Positions 44,373-54,263 of a DNA stretch of 64,000 bases are shown here, one piece after another. The DNA lies in IMG/VR virus record IMGVR_UViG_3300044733_003647, positions 1-64,000 of that record; one strand, written 5' to 3'. This stretch comes from a virus. A program made the position numbers and the translations under genes. The notes under the pieces are model-generated. The model saw nothing but the letters and a program-made list of their open reading frames with translations, had not been told where the DNA came from and ran no database searches. The first letter of the stretch is position 1. Every line of letters starts with the position of its first letter.

Positions 44373-45245
44373 ATGACAACAACTGTAAAAAGACCCGACG
44401 GAGTATTGGCATGGACTGAACCCGAATCTGCTGCAAACAGCGATTATCAGCCTGTATATCCGTATAATAATATAACACAGACAAAAGGTGGGCATTCATT
44501 TGAACTGGATGACACACCAACCCGTGAACGAATTCGCCTACAACACAAATCCGGAACATTCACGGAGATACATCCAAACGGCGATGAAGTACACAAAATT
44601 ATCGGTGATGGTTATCATATTGTTTTGGGCGATCACAATATCTCTATTGGTGTGGATGATGGTCAATTAGCAAAAAAATTAAACATCACAGTAAATGGTG
44701 ATGCTTATTTCTATGTAAAAGGCAATAAAGTTGAACAAATTGATGGCAGTGTTGAACAGTACATTAAAGGTGATTATACACAGACTGTACAAGGTATACA
44801 CACTGTAACATCTTTTGGTAACATGAAAATTAATGCTGGTTCAAATCCTGGGCTTGTTCCTGGACTACAAAGTAAACTAACAATCAAAACATCTTTGGTT
44901 AATGTGAGTGGTGATCTTCAAGTTGAAGAAGCTTTGTCATCTGGTTATATTTTCTCTAGAGGAAGAATAGATGCTGGTTTGGGTGTTGCTGCAGGACCAT
45001 ATGGTTTCAATTCTCTTCTTGGCGGTATCTCTATTGGTCTACCAACTCCAGCAATACCAGCCACGATCATGTGTTCAGGTCCAATAACTTCATATTCAAG
45101 TATGTCTGCACCACTCGGTACTTATGGAATATCATCATCGATACTAGGTTTCGATGTTATAAACACACTTTTGAGAAAAGTACATACGCATATTGCGAAA
45201 GGTGGTCCAACAAGCCCACCACTTCAACAAGAAACATACATTTAA
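44373..45245 (+). CDS. gp5 C-terminal beta-helix/spike part
   Basis: YPYN...T.GGH.FE.DDTP..ERI...H.SGTF.EIHP.G, beta-helix repeats and C-terminal HTH..GPTSPP. Confidence 0.85.
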   Translation: MTTTVKRPDGVLAWTEPESAANSDYQPVYPYNNITQTKGGHSFELDDTPTRERIRLQHKSGTFTEIHPNGDEVHKIIGDGYHIVLGDHNISIGVDDGQLAKKLNITVNGDAYFYVKGNKVEQIDGSVEQYIKGDYTQTVQGIHTVTSFGNMKINAGSNPGLVPGLQSKLTIKTSLVNVSGDLQVEEALSSGYIFSRGRIDAGLGVAAGPYGFNSLLGGISIGLPTPAIPATIMCSGPITSYSSMSAPLGTYGISSSILGFDVINTLLRKVHTHIAKGGPTSPPLQQETYI

Positions 45246-45255
45246 GGATTATATT

Positions 45256-46143
45256 ATGGCTGGAGTATACGCACTATTAGAATTTGACACCACAGATCCT
45301 ATTGCCAACGGTGCGGTGGAAGAGTTGAGCCAATCGGTTCAAACGCAAATGAAAATGATGCCAAAGATGTTGCAACCTTGGCAAGAAACTGATTTGATTT
45401 CGGATGAACAAGAACAATATTTTGTTAATCCAATGGCCAACATTACCAATACGATTTGGTCTACAGCAAATTCTTGCGTTGCACAGTCTTTTAATTCACT
45501 TGCAACCGCAGGTTCTGGTGGTGCATCTAGTTATTGGGATGCATCCAATGGAAACATAATCATCACTTTTAGTAATCCTGGCGTTGCAAACGTTATGAAT
45601 GTCGCTTTGATGATGGTGAAAGAACTTTCAACAAATGTGTCAAATAATTTTATGATACATACAAATCGAATATCAAATGTTATTCCATTGGATTTCGATA
45701 TAACTTTACCACATTATGAAACTGCGATAGGTTATGGAAAGATGATAATGTATATTACCAATCAAACGGATAATATACAAAACAACTCACCAATGATTGG
45801 TAGTTTTTCCAGTCTTTTTTTAGCAAATACACTTAGTGGTTATGCAAATTCGTTTGTTTCTATTAATAATGTTTACTTGGGTTCAATTGTAAACAACGTT
45901 TCTTCACTAAGTTTGACGGATGCAAACCAATTTTCGAATGCAGCCAACCTAGTTTCCAGTACAATGGATACTTATAGACAAAAAGACACCAATTTCTTTC
46001 AAAACTCACAAATGATTGTTGATAGATACAATGATGTTAGTCAATTCAATAGGGTCGGTCAAACCGAACTGTTTTTAATTAACAATTACATCGGAACTCA
46101 GAATTTGAAGAATAATCTGGCAAATACCGGTAATACATCCTAA
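45256..46143 (+). CDS. Hypothetical structural protein
   Basis: SD AAGGA before ATG 45256. Confidence 0.65.
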   Translation: MAGVYALLEFDTTDPIANGAVEELSQSVQTQMKMMPKMLQPWQETDLISDEQEQYFVNPMANITNTIWSTANSCVAQSFNSLATAGSGGASSYWDASNGNIIITFSNPGVANVMNVALMMVKELSTNVSNNFMIHTNRISNVIPLDFDITLPHYETAIGYGKMIMYITNQTDNIQNNSPMIGSFSSLFLANTLSGYANSFVSINNVYLGSIVNNVSSLSLTDANQFSNAANLVSSTMDTYRQKDTNFFQNSQMIVDRYNDVSQFNRVGQTELFLINNYIGTQNLKNNLANTGNTS

Positions 46144-46233
46144 AATTTCGAAATTTTTCGTTCCGGCCCAAGAATTTTCTCCGACGAAACCAAAAGTCCA
46201 AAAAAGCGTTTTACTCCTAGACATAAATAAAAG

Positions 46234-46629
46234 ATGGCACAAACACTAAACAAACTATATTCGGACATAGATTTCACCTTCACCAGAGTACCGGTGACTG
46301 GTGATGTTGCCGTTAGTTATGATTTTCAAGCTGTCACACGTTCCGTCAGAAATTTGTTACAAACAAATAACTACGATAGACCTTTTAATCCTGATTTGGG
46401 TTCAAGATTGAATGCATTATTGTTCGAACCAATGAATCCTTTGACGGAAAACAGTATACAAAACGAAATTGCTCTGATGCTTGAAGCCTATGAACCTAGA
46501 GTAATTTTGCAAAAGGTGAATGTGGAAGCAGATGATGCTAGGAATGCCTACAATGTGACAATAAGTTTCTTCTTACAAAATGCTACCACACCAACATCAA
46601 TAACAATACTTTTAGAGAGAAACCGATAA
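46234..46629 (+). CDS. 25: Baseplate wedge gp25
   Basis: YSDID, SVRNL..T...RPF.P.LGS and YEPRV; CATAAATA upstream. Confidence 0.92.
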   Translation: MAQTLNKLYSDIDFTFTRVPVTGDVAVSYDFQAVTRSVRNLLQTNNYDRPFNPDLGSRLNALLFEPMNPLTENSIQNEIALMLEAYEPRVILQKVNVEADDARNAYNVTISFFLQNATTPTSITILLERNR

Positions 46630-48705
46630 ATGGCTGGAGCAAATAGCAATATTCAGATAACGGATTTGGATTTTAATGACATTAAAACCAATCTGAAGAA
46701 CTATCTAAAGTCACAAAACGCTTTAAAAGACTACAATTTTGAAGGTTCAGCACTCTCCGTACTATTAGACATACTTTCATACAATACGCAATACAATGCA
46801 TATTATTTGAACATGGTTGCAAATGAGATGTTTTTAGACTCTGCAATTCAGAGAGAATCTGTTGTTTCGTTAGCAAAATTACTGAATTATACACCAAAAT
46901 CCGCAATTGCACCTGAAGCCACTATCAATGTTCTTGTCAATCAGGTTACAGATGCATCACTAACATTACCAAAGAATACACAATTTTTATCTGAAAATAT
47001 CGATGGTGTCAACTACAATTTTGTTACAACAGATGCATCAACCGTTGCCGTTTCTGGTCAACAAGCATTATTTTCAAATGTATCAATAAAACAAGGTATT
47101 GTTGAATCAATATCATATGAAGTCGATTCAACTACAAATCCAACTTATACATTCTCTATTCCAGATGAAAATGTTGACACCACAACACTTTTGGTATCGA
47201 TACAACAATCTATTTCGAATACAACATCTGAAATCTATACAAAAGCATCAGATGTTTTGTTGTTAACAGGTGATTCAACAGTTTATTTCTTGCAAGAGAG
47301 TGTTAATGGATTGTATGAAATTAATTTTGGTGATGGTATACTTGGTAAACAACTTGTGGATGGTAACATTGTCAACCTAAGTTACTTGTCCACAAACGGT
47401 TCGGCTTCTGCTGGCGCAAATAGTTTCATCAATATGGACGCAATTGGAGGATTCTCCAATGTTGTGGTTACAGCTGTGCAAGCAACATCTTATGGGCAAG
47501 ATAAAGAATCCGTAAGTTCGATAAAGTTTCAGGCACCAAAGTCTTTTTCTGCACAGAAACGCGCAGTGACTAAAGAAGATTACATCACCGCAATTCAACA
47601 AAACAACTTGGGTTATTCTTTTGATGCTGTCAACGTTTGGGGTGGGCAAGAAAATGATACGCCAATTTACGGACAAGTTTTCGTTTGTTTGAAACCAGCA
47701 GGTTCTTACAATCTAACACAACTACAGAAACAAAAACTGATACAAGACGTTATCCGACCAATTTCTGTTCTGACAGTTACACCAACAATTGTGGATCCAG
47801 ACTACACATACTTGCAACTGACTGTAAATGTGTTGTATGACCCAAGTAAAACGAACTTGACTTCTTCACAAATTAAAACAAACGTAAAAAATGCGATTTC
47901 TAATTTGGCTGTAAGTCAGTTGAATACTTTCAATTCAACATTCAACATTACAAATTTCAATAATGCAGTCAACAATGTTAGCCCATCAATTATTACAAAT
48001 GAAATAAGTCTACAAGTTCAGAAAAAATTCTTGCCAATTTTGACTGTTCCAACAACATATAATTTGTACTACGGGACACCGCTCAAAAAAGGCATGTTTC
48101 AAAGTGGTATTAGCACATCACCATCTCTACAATTCAGAGATCCAGACAATTTAACAACAATTATTAGTGGTGTGCAGGTTGAAGAGGTGCCATCATCAAC
48201 TGGTGGTGTTGAATCAATTTCAATTATTAATCCAGGTTTTGGTTATCAGAGCGCACCAACAATCGAAATTCTTGGTGACGGAGTTGGTGCAACAGCTGTT
48301 AGTACAATTTCCGCCACAGGTACACTAAAATCAATCAATATAACCAAAAAAGGTTCGGGATACACAAGTGCAATTGTTAAGATCACACCAAAGTCTAATG
48401 ATACCACAGGTCAATTAGGAGCTGCAATTGCAAATCTTGAAGGTCGTTATGGTACATTGAGATCATATTATAACAACAATGAGAATGTAAAAATCATATT
48501 GAATAATTCTGTGGGTACTGTTGATTATAACTTGGGTGTCATTAATCTTGAAAACTTTAATCCCTTTGGTGTACAGAATGACCTTGGTCAACTGACAGTT
48601 TCTGCAAACCCGACAACATCGATTATATCATCGACTTATAACAGGATCATCACAGTAGATCCATTTGATCCAAATTCGATTATTGTCAACGTAACAGCTA
48701 AGTAA
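46630..48705 (+). CDS. 6: Baseplate wedge gp6
   Basis: LDF.DIK.NL, DYNFEGS.LS.LLD.L.YNT, FGDG..G and Q.RAVT..DY. Confidence 0.93.
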   Translation: MAGANSNIQITDLDFNDIKTNLKNYLKSQNALKDYNFEGSALSVLLDILSYNTQYNAYYLNMVANEMFLDSAIQRESVVSLAKLLNYTPKSAIAPEATINVLVNQVTDASLTLPKNTQFLSENIDGVNYNFVTTDASTVAVSGQQALFSNVSIKQGIVESISYEVDSTTNPTYTFSIPDENVDTTTLLVSIQQSISNTTSEIYTKASDVLLLTGDSTVYFLQESVNGLYEINFGDGILGKQLVDGNIVNLSYLSTNGSASAGANSFINMDAIGGFSNVVVTAVQATSYGQDKESVSSIKFQAPKSFSAQKRAVTKEDYITAIQQNNLGYSFDAVNVWGGQENDTPIYGQVFVCLKPAGSYNLTQLQKQKLIQDVIRPISVLTVTPTIVDPDYTYLQLTVNVLYDPSKTNLTSSQIKTNVKNAISNLAVSQLNTFNSTFNITNFNNAVNNVSPSIITNEISLQVQKKFLPILTVPTTYNLYYGTPLKKGMFQSGISTSPSLQFRDPDNLTTIISGVQVEEVPSSTGGVESISIINPGFGYQSAPTIEILGDGVGATAVSTISATGTLKSINITKKGSGYTSAIVKITPKSNDTTGQLGAAIANLEGRYGTLRSYYNNNENVKIILNNSVGTVDYNLGVINLENFNPFGVQNDLGQLTVSANPTTSIISSTYNRIITVDPFDPNSIIVNVTAK

Positions 48706-48706
48706 A

Positions 48707-51511
48707 ATGATTCCTGATTTTCAGAAGACTTCGTTACTAATACCATCACAGCTTCCCTCTTTCGTTAGGGAAAATCCAGACTATGACAAGTTTGTTACGT
48801 TCTTGCAGGCATACTATGAATGGATGGAAGAGAATGGTAATGTCACAGAGAGAAGTAAGAATATTCTCAACTATAAAGACATTGATAGAACGACAGAAGA
48901 ATTTATAAAATATTTTACAGATGAGTTTCTTCAATATTTTCCGCAAGAAGTTTTAATTGACAAACGTACTGCTGTAAAATATGCTCGTCAACTATACTAC
49001 ACAAAAGGCACACCAGCATCTTATCAATTCTTATTCAGGATTTTATACGATTCTGATTTCGATATTTTCTATACAAAAGATGCGGTTCTAAAAGCTTCTG
49101 ATGGTTCTTGGTACGTTGCAAGAAGTTTAAAGTTGGCAACGGGAAATAAAAATTTCTTAAAAGTTAATAACTATAGACTGTTTGGTGAAACAACAAAATC
49201 GATTGCAACAATTGAAAATGCAACATCAACAGGCAACAGAGTTGAAGTGTTTATTTCCGATATTACAAGATTGTTTCAGTCGGGTGAATTTGTTAAAGTA
49301 GTTGACACAAACAACCAAGATGTTTTGTTTGGTGGGCAACCACTCAGAGCAAAGATTGTTGGTCAAATAAATCAAATCAATATTGATCCAAACAGAAGAG
49401 GTTTGCTTTATCAAACTGGCGACCCAGTGGTAATTTATGGTGGATTGAACTCCGCCAATGGAATTGGTGCATCAGCAACAGTTGGACAAACAACATCAGG
49501 ATCTATTCAACGTATAAATGTTGTTGATGGAAGTTATGGTTTCAGAACTGATCCAAATACAATCATCACACTAACAAATGCACCTGGTGCAACTGCTGTT
49601 GTTGGTTCTGTGGAACCAGATCCCACAAAAACTGCCAATGTTACTTTATTGTCTATAGAAGCTATCGGCCTTAAAAGATTTGTAACAATTGGTAACACAA
49701 ATTATGGATTCACCAATGTGGCTTCAGCAAATGCGAACACCAGATTATCTGATGCATTTAGTTTCACTCAATTTGCAGCATATCCAATATCTTCTGTTAT
49801 TGTTACAAATGGTGGTGGTGGAATCAGAACTATTCCAACAGTGCAAGCAACATCTGTGTATCAAAATGAATTAGGTGATTCAATTGATCTTGGTAATTTA
49901 GGTATACTCTCACCAATTCAAATTTTAAATGGTGGGCATGGTTATCAAGCAAATGATCGAATTGTTTTCTCTGGTGGATCTGGTGTTGGTGCTCGAGCAA
50001 ATGTGGTGGCTGTTTCCAACACGGGTTCTATTACAGATGTTGAATACGTTTATGGTACTATAAGAGATTATCCACTTGGTGGTTTGGGTTATTCTGAATT
50101 ATCTATACCAACAGTGACTGTGCAATCAGCCAATGTGCAAGCCGCAAATGCAAGTTTAGTTGTACCAGGAATACTTGGTAGAGGTGCAACATTCTCTGTC
50201 GTAACAAACAGAACTGGTTCGGTGACAACAATCAATATTAGTAATCCTGGTGAAGATTATGTTTCTGCACCTGGCGTTTCTTTAAAGGTTGAAGATATTT
50301 TAGTTTCTAATGTTTTACCATCACTAATAGAAAGTGGAGATGTTATTTTCCAAGGAGTTGATGCAAACACCTCAACATATTTGGCATACGTGGATTCTTT
50401 TTCTGTGTATCGTTTTAATGCTGATTCCGCACAAACAGTATATAATTTGCGTGTTTACAACTATAACTCAACACCAAATACTGCATTACCACTAAGAACA
50501 GAAAACAATGTCAACTTACAAATGGTTGGTGCAGCACTAGATTCAAATTATAATTCTAGTGGTATAAGAAGATATGGTGACGGTAACGCAAGAGCTAATG
50601 CATCTTTCTTGAATGGATTAGTTGTCAGTCAAGGGCAATACCTAAACTCAAGAGGTAAACCAAGTTCTTCGGACGTATTGCAAAGCAAAATATACAACAA
50701 CTTCACTTATATAATCAGTGTCGAAAAAGAAATTGAAAAGTATAGAGAAATTCTACTGAACTTGTTGCACCCAACAGGAATGAATTTCTTAGGTCGTTAT
50801 GTATTAAGATCAAATACCGACTTTCAACTCGACACCTACAGTGCAGTATTCCAAGGTTACCCATTAGACCACTTTACGGGTTATACTGGTACACATGCAC
50901 ACATTTATACCAGTTTCACAAATGGCAGTAACAACATAGTTTATTTTGATGACCTGGCTGGTGCAAATCTCGCCAACATCATATTTGCAAACACAGATAC
51001 ACTTGTTTTGAAGACAACAAATGGTCCAGATGTTTCATCAAGAGTTGTTTCTGTTAATAGTGCTGCGAATACAGTAACACTTGAAAGCAATGTTTGGTTG
51101 ACATATGCGAATGTTGCATTCGTATCTGGCAATTCTGGTTCGAACGTCATAAATATTAGATCATTGACCAGTGCTTATAATATTATGAACAATGGTCAGT
51201 ACAGCAACACAGACTATCCAATCAAAGATATCGTTTATGTTGGTGATACAATTTTGGTGGATAACAATACAAGTAAGGTTGTACAGAGTGTTGACTTTGA
51301 AAATGATCGAATTTATCTGACAGCCAATTTGACTTCGAATGTTGGTAACTCATACATGGCAGTTAACAGAACATTTATTGCAAACACTGCACTGAACTCA
51401 AGACAGATATTCATTTATGGTGCAGTTGGACAAGTTTATATACCAGAACTTACAACAGAAGATGGTTTTTCAATAACAACTGAGGATGGTAGAACACTTC
51501 TATTAGGATAA
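48707..51511 (+). CDS. 7: Baseplate wedge initiator gp7-like
   Basis: QLP.FV, FL.AYYEW.E, KGT..S..FLFR.LY and LLHP.G. Confidence 0.8.
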   Translation: MIPDFQKTSLLIPSQLPSFVRENPDYDKFVTFLQAYYEWMEENGNVTERSKNILNYKDIDRTTEEFIKYFTDEFLQYFPQEVLIDKRTAVKYARQLYYTKGTPASYQFLFRILYDSDFDIFYTKDAVLKASDGSWYVARSLKLATGNKNFLKVNNYRLFGETTKSIATIENATSTGNRVEVFISDITRLFQSGEFVKVVDTNNQDVLFGGQPLRAKIVGQINQINIDPNRRGLLYQTGDPVVIYGGLNSANGIGASATVGQTTSGSIQRINVVDGSYGFRTDPNTIITLTNAPGATAVVGSVEPDPTKTANVTLLSIEAIGLKRFVTIGNTNYGFTNVASANANTRLSDAFSFTQFAAYPISSVIVTNGGGGIRTIPTVQATSVYQNELGDSIDLGNLGILSPIQILNGGHGYQANDRIVFSGGSGVGARANVVAVSNTGSITDVEYVYGTIRDYPLGGLGYSELSIPTVTVQSANVQAANASLVVPGILGRGATFSVVTNRTGSVTTINISNPGEDYVSAPGVSLKVEDILVSNVLPSLIESGDVIFQGVDANTSTYLAYVDSFSVYRFNADSAQTVYNLRVYNYNSTPNTALPLRTENNVNLQMVGAALDSNYNSSGIRRYGDGNARANASFLNGLVVSQGQYLNSRGKPSSSDVLQSKIYNNFTYIISVEKEIEKYREILLNLLHPTGMNFLGRYVLRSNTDFQLDTYSAVFQGYPLDHFTGYTGTHAHIYTSFTNGSNNIVYFDDLAGANLANIIFANTDTLVLKTTNGPDVSSRVVSVNSAANTVTLESNVWLTYANVAFVSGNSGSNVINIRSLTSAYNIMNNGQYSNTDYPIKDIVYVGDTILVDNNTSKVVQSVDFENDRIYLTANLTSNVGNSYMAVNRTFIANTALNSRQIFIYGAVGQVYIPELTTEDGFSITTEDGRTLLLG

Positions 51512-51514
51512 AAA

Positions 51515-52873
51515 ATGTCAACAGTAAAAATTACAGACTTAGCATCAAAAACACTGGCAACAAACACTGCAAATACAATATTTGTTGGTGTGGATTTGCC
51601 AACTGGCGTAACAGGAAAGTATACAGCCAAAAATTTAGTTGATAATCTGTATGCGAATGATCCTTTACCCATTGGTAATACAATTATATTTGCTGACAGT
51701 ACCACACAAAACACCTCTTTCGCTGCGGCCGCATCATATGCTAATGCTGCGTTCTTAAGAGCCAATGCAGCATACGGTTCACAGAACACAACAGGAACTT
51801 ATGCCAATGCAGCATTTTTGGTGGCAAATACACCACACGCTATTGCAAACTCTGCTGCACTATATGCCAACGGCGCATTCTTACAATCAAATGCTGCATT
51901 CTTGGTAGCAAATACACCTACACATGTAGCAAACTCAGCAGCTCTCTATGCTAACGGTGCATTCGCAAAAGCAAATGCTGCACTGGCCAATACATCAGGA
52001 ACATTTGCTGGCAACCTATCAATAACAGGTGATTTAAACCTATTGAATGGTTCATTATATTCTGCTGGAAACATGTCTGTCAATGGAACCATGGTTCTGG
52101 CAAACAGTAATTTTTCAGCAACAGAAGCCGCAATAACAATCAAGGCAACTGCAAATACGGCCACACCGTCAAATGATGGTTACATGCTGCACATTTCAGG
52201 TAAACAAAACGTTGCTTCACGAATCGTATTTGATTCTTATAGTGTGACCGGTAATGCATATGCTGTTGTTGCTGGTAGAACAGCAAGAGGTACAGTCGAT
52301 GCACCATTAGCCGCAGCAAATGGTGATGTGTTGATGAGAGTTTCGGGTAACGGACATGGTGGTGCAGGTGCAGGCTTCACACAGTTTGGTGTTGCACGTA
52401 TTGATATCGTTGCAACAGAAAACTATTCGTCCACAAATAGAGGATCACAGATTCAATTCTGGAATTGCCCAGTGGGATCTAATACACTACAAAGAATTGC
52501 ATCATTCAATGGTAATTCTGTAACTTTCACGGGTGTTGTTGAACCACAAAAAGGATTCATTTACGTACCAACGGTTCTCCCTGGTTCACAAACGGCATTC
52601 ACAATTGATTTTTCAACAACATCATTGATTAAAGCAAGTTTGGTAGCAGATTGTACCATAACACTTTCAAATTATGTGGCAGGTAAAGTTGTTGAAGTGT
52701 GGTTAACAAACACAGGTGGCACAAATAGAACTATTACACACGGATGCACAGCAACCAATTCTTCCGAAAATGCCACCACATTTACGATTCCTGCAACAAG
52801 TTCAGCTTATCTGAGGTATTTCAGTATTGATGGTGATAACGCAAATACATTTGTAGCAATCCAACACGGTTAA
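51515..52873 (+). CDS. Tail fibre/baseplate-associated protein
   Basis: MS.VKITDL N-terminus and ANAAF/YANGAF repeats. Confidence 0.65.
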   Translation: MSTVKITDLASKTLATNTANTIFVGVDLPTGVTGKYTAKNLVDNLYANDPLPIGNTIIFADSTTQNTSFAAAASYANAAFLRANAAYGSQNTTGTYANAAFLVANTPHAIANSAALYANGAFLQSNAAFLVANTPTHVANSAALYANGAFAKANAALANTSGTFAGNLSITGDLNLLNGSLYSAGNMSVNGTMVLANSNFSATEAAITIKATANTATPSNDGYMLHISGKQNVASRIVFDSYSVTGNAYAVVAGRTARGTVDAPLAAANGDVLMRVSGNGHGGAGAGFTQFGVARIDIVATENYSSTNRGSQIQFWNCPVGSNTLQRIASFNGNSVTFTGVVEPQKGFIYVPTVLPGSQTAFTIDFSTTSLIKASLVADCTITLSNYVAGKVVEVWLTNTGGTNRTITHGCTATNSSENATTFTIPATSSAYLRYFSIDGDNANTFVAIQHG

Positions 52874-52886
52874 TAAATAACTCACT

Positions 52887-54254
52887 ATGACAAATAAAAT
52901 CGTAATCACACCTGAAGCCAAGCTCTTACAAGTGCAACAGAGTTATTATGCACCTGTTGCCGTAATCACATCAAAAAACAATTTGCCTGTCGAGACAGAC
53001 TACTGTTTTCTTTCTAGAGTTGACCCGTGGCCACAGGCAAACACTCCACCCACTCCTGGATTGGACCAGAAGAGTCGAAAAGAAGTCTTCAAAAACATCT
53101 TTGCAGTAAAAAAAGTAAACACATCCGATATTTCTCCAGTAATTCAGAGAATTGATTGGAGGTCAGGAACAATTTACGATTATTATCGCGACGATATTAA
53201 TATCTTAGAACAAGATGAAAATGGAAATTTAGTTTATAATTTCTATGTCAAGAATAGATACGACCAAGTTTTTAAGTGTTTGTGGAATGGAAACGGTGCT
53301 GCTGCAACAGACGAACCAATGTTCACACCAGGCACATACGGAACAAACAACATTTATGTCGGTTCAGATGGTTACAAATGGAAATTTATCTATTCGATTG
53401 ACACCGGTTTAAAAGTTAAATTCATGGACACCAAGTGGATGCCTGTTGGTGTCAGCACAACTTCATTGAATGCATTAACAGCTCCAGAAGGCATTGGTGG
53501 AGTTGAAGTTATAAATGTTTATAGTGTTGGTTCTGGTTACGATGCACCCAATGCAACGATTACTGTAACTGTAACTGGTGATGGCAACGGTGCAGTTGCA
53601 ACAGCTAACACATCAAACGGATCTATTATAGATATTATCGTTACAAATCCTGGTGCAAATTATACTTTTGCGAACGTAACTATCACATCAGCATTAGGTA
53701 ATGGCGTTGTTGCATATGCAAATACGTCACCTGTCGGTGGCCACGGATTCGATCCAATTTCTGAACTTGGTTGTTCACATGTTATGTATTCGGTTGAGTT
53801 TAATGGTTCTGAAGGTGGTGAAATACCAACCGATATCGACTTTCACCAATTGGGTTTGATAGTAAATCCAACATCTAAGCAATCAAGTCCGAATCCAGCA
53901 AATGGTACAATTTATAGAACGACAACCGATTTAATTGTTGCTCCGGGTTTTGGTACATTTGAAAGAGATGAGGTTGTTTATCAAGGTTCTTCTTTGGCTG
54001 CAGCTACATTTACTGCAAAAGTTTTAAGCTTTGATGTTGCAACTAATGTACTTAGACTCATAAATACAACAGGCACACCAGCACTTAATGGTTCCGTTTA
54101 CGGAAACACATCATCAACAGCAAGAACTGTACTAACCGTCAGTTATCCAAACTTTGTTTTATTCTCTGGTTACTTGGCATATATAGAAAATAGAGAAAGC
54201 ATTCAAAGAAGTTTTGACGGCATAGAACAATATAGATTCGTATTAGGTTACTAA
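52887..54254 (+). CDS. 8: Baseplate wedge gp8
   Basis: R.DW.SG..YD.Y, VFKCL.N, DGYKWKF.Y and GHG.DP..ELG. Confidence 0.88.
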   Translation: MTNKIVITPEAKLLQVQQSYYAPVAVITSKNNLPVETDYCFLSRVDPWPQANTPPTPGLDQKSRKEVFKNIFAVKKVNTSDISPVIQRIDWRSGTIYDYYRDDINILEQDENGNLVYNFYVKNRYDQVFKCLWNGNGAAATDEPMFTPGTYGTNNIYVGSDGYKWKFIYSIDTGLKVKFMDTKWMPVGVSTTSLNALTAPEGIGGVEVINVYSVGSGYDAPNATITVTVTGDGNGAVATANTSNGSIIDIIVTNPGANYTFANVTITSALGNGVVAYANTSPVGGHGFDPISELGCSHVMYSVEFNGSEGGEIPTDIDFHQLGLIVNPTSKQSSPNPANGTIYRTTTDLIVAPGFGTFERDEVVYQGSSLAAATFTAKVLSFDVATNVLRLINTTGTPALNGSVYGNTSSTARTVLTVSYPNFVLFSGYLAYIENRESIQRSFDGIEQYRFVLGY

Positions 54255-54263
54255 AGGAAAAAA

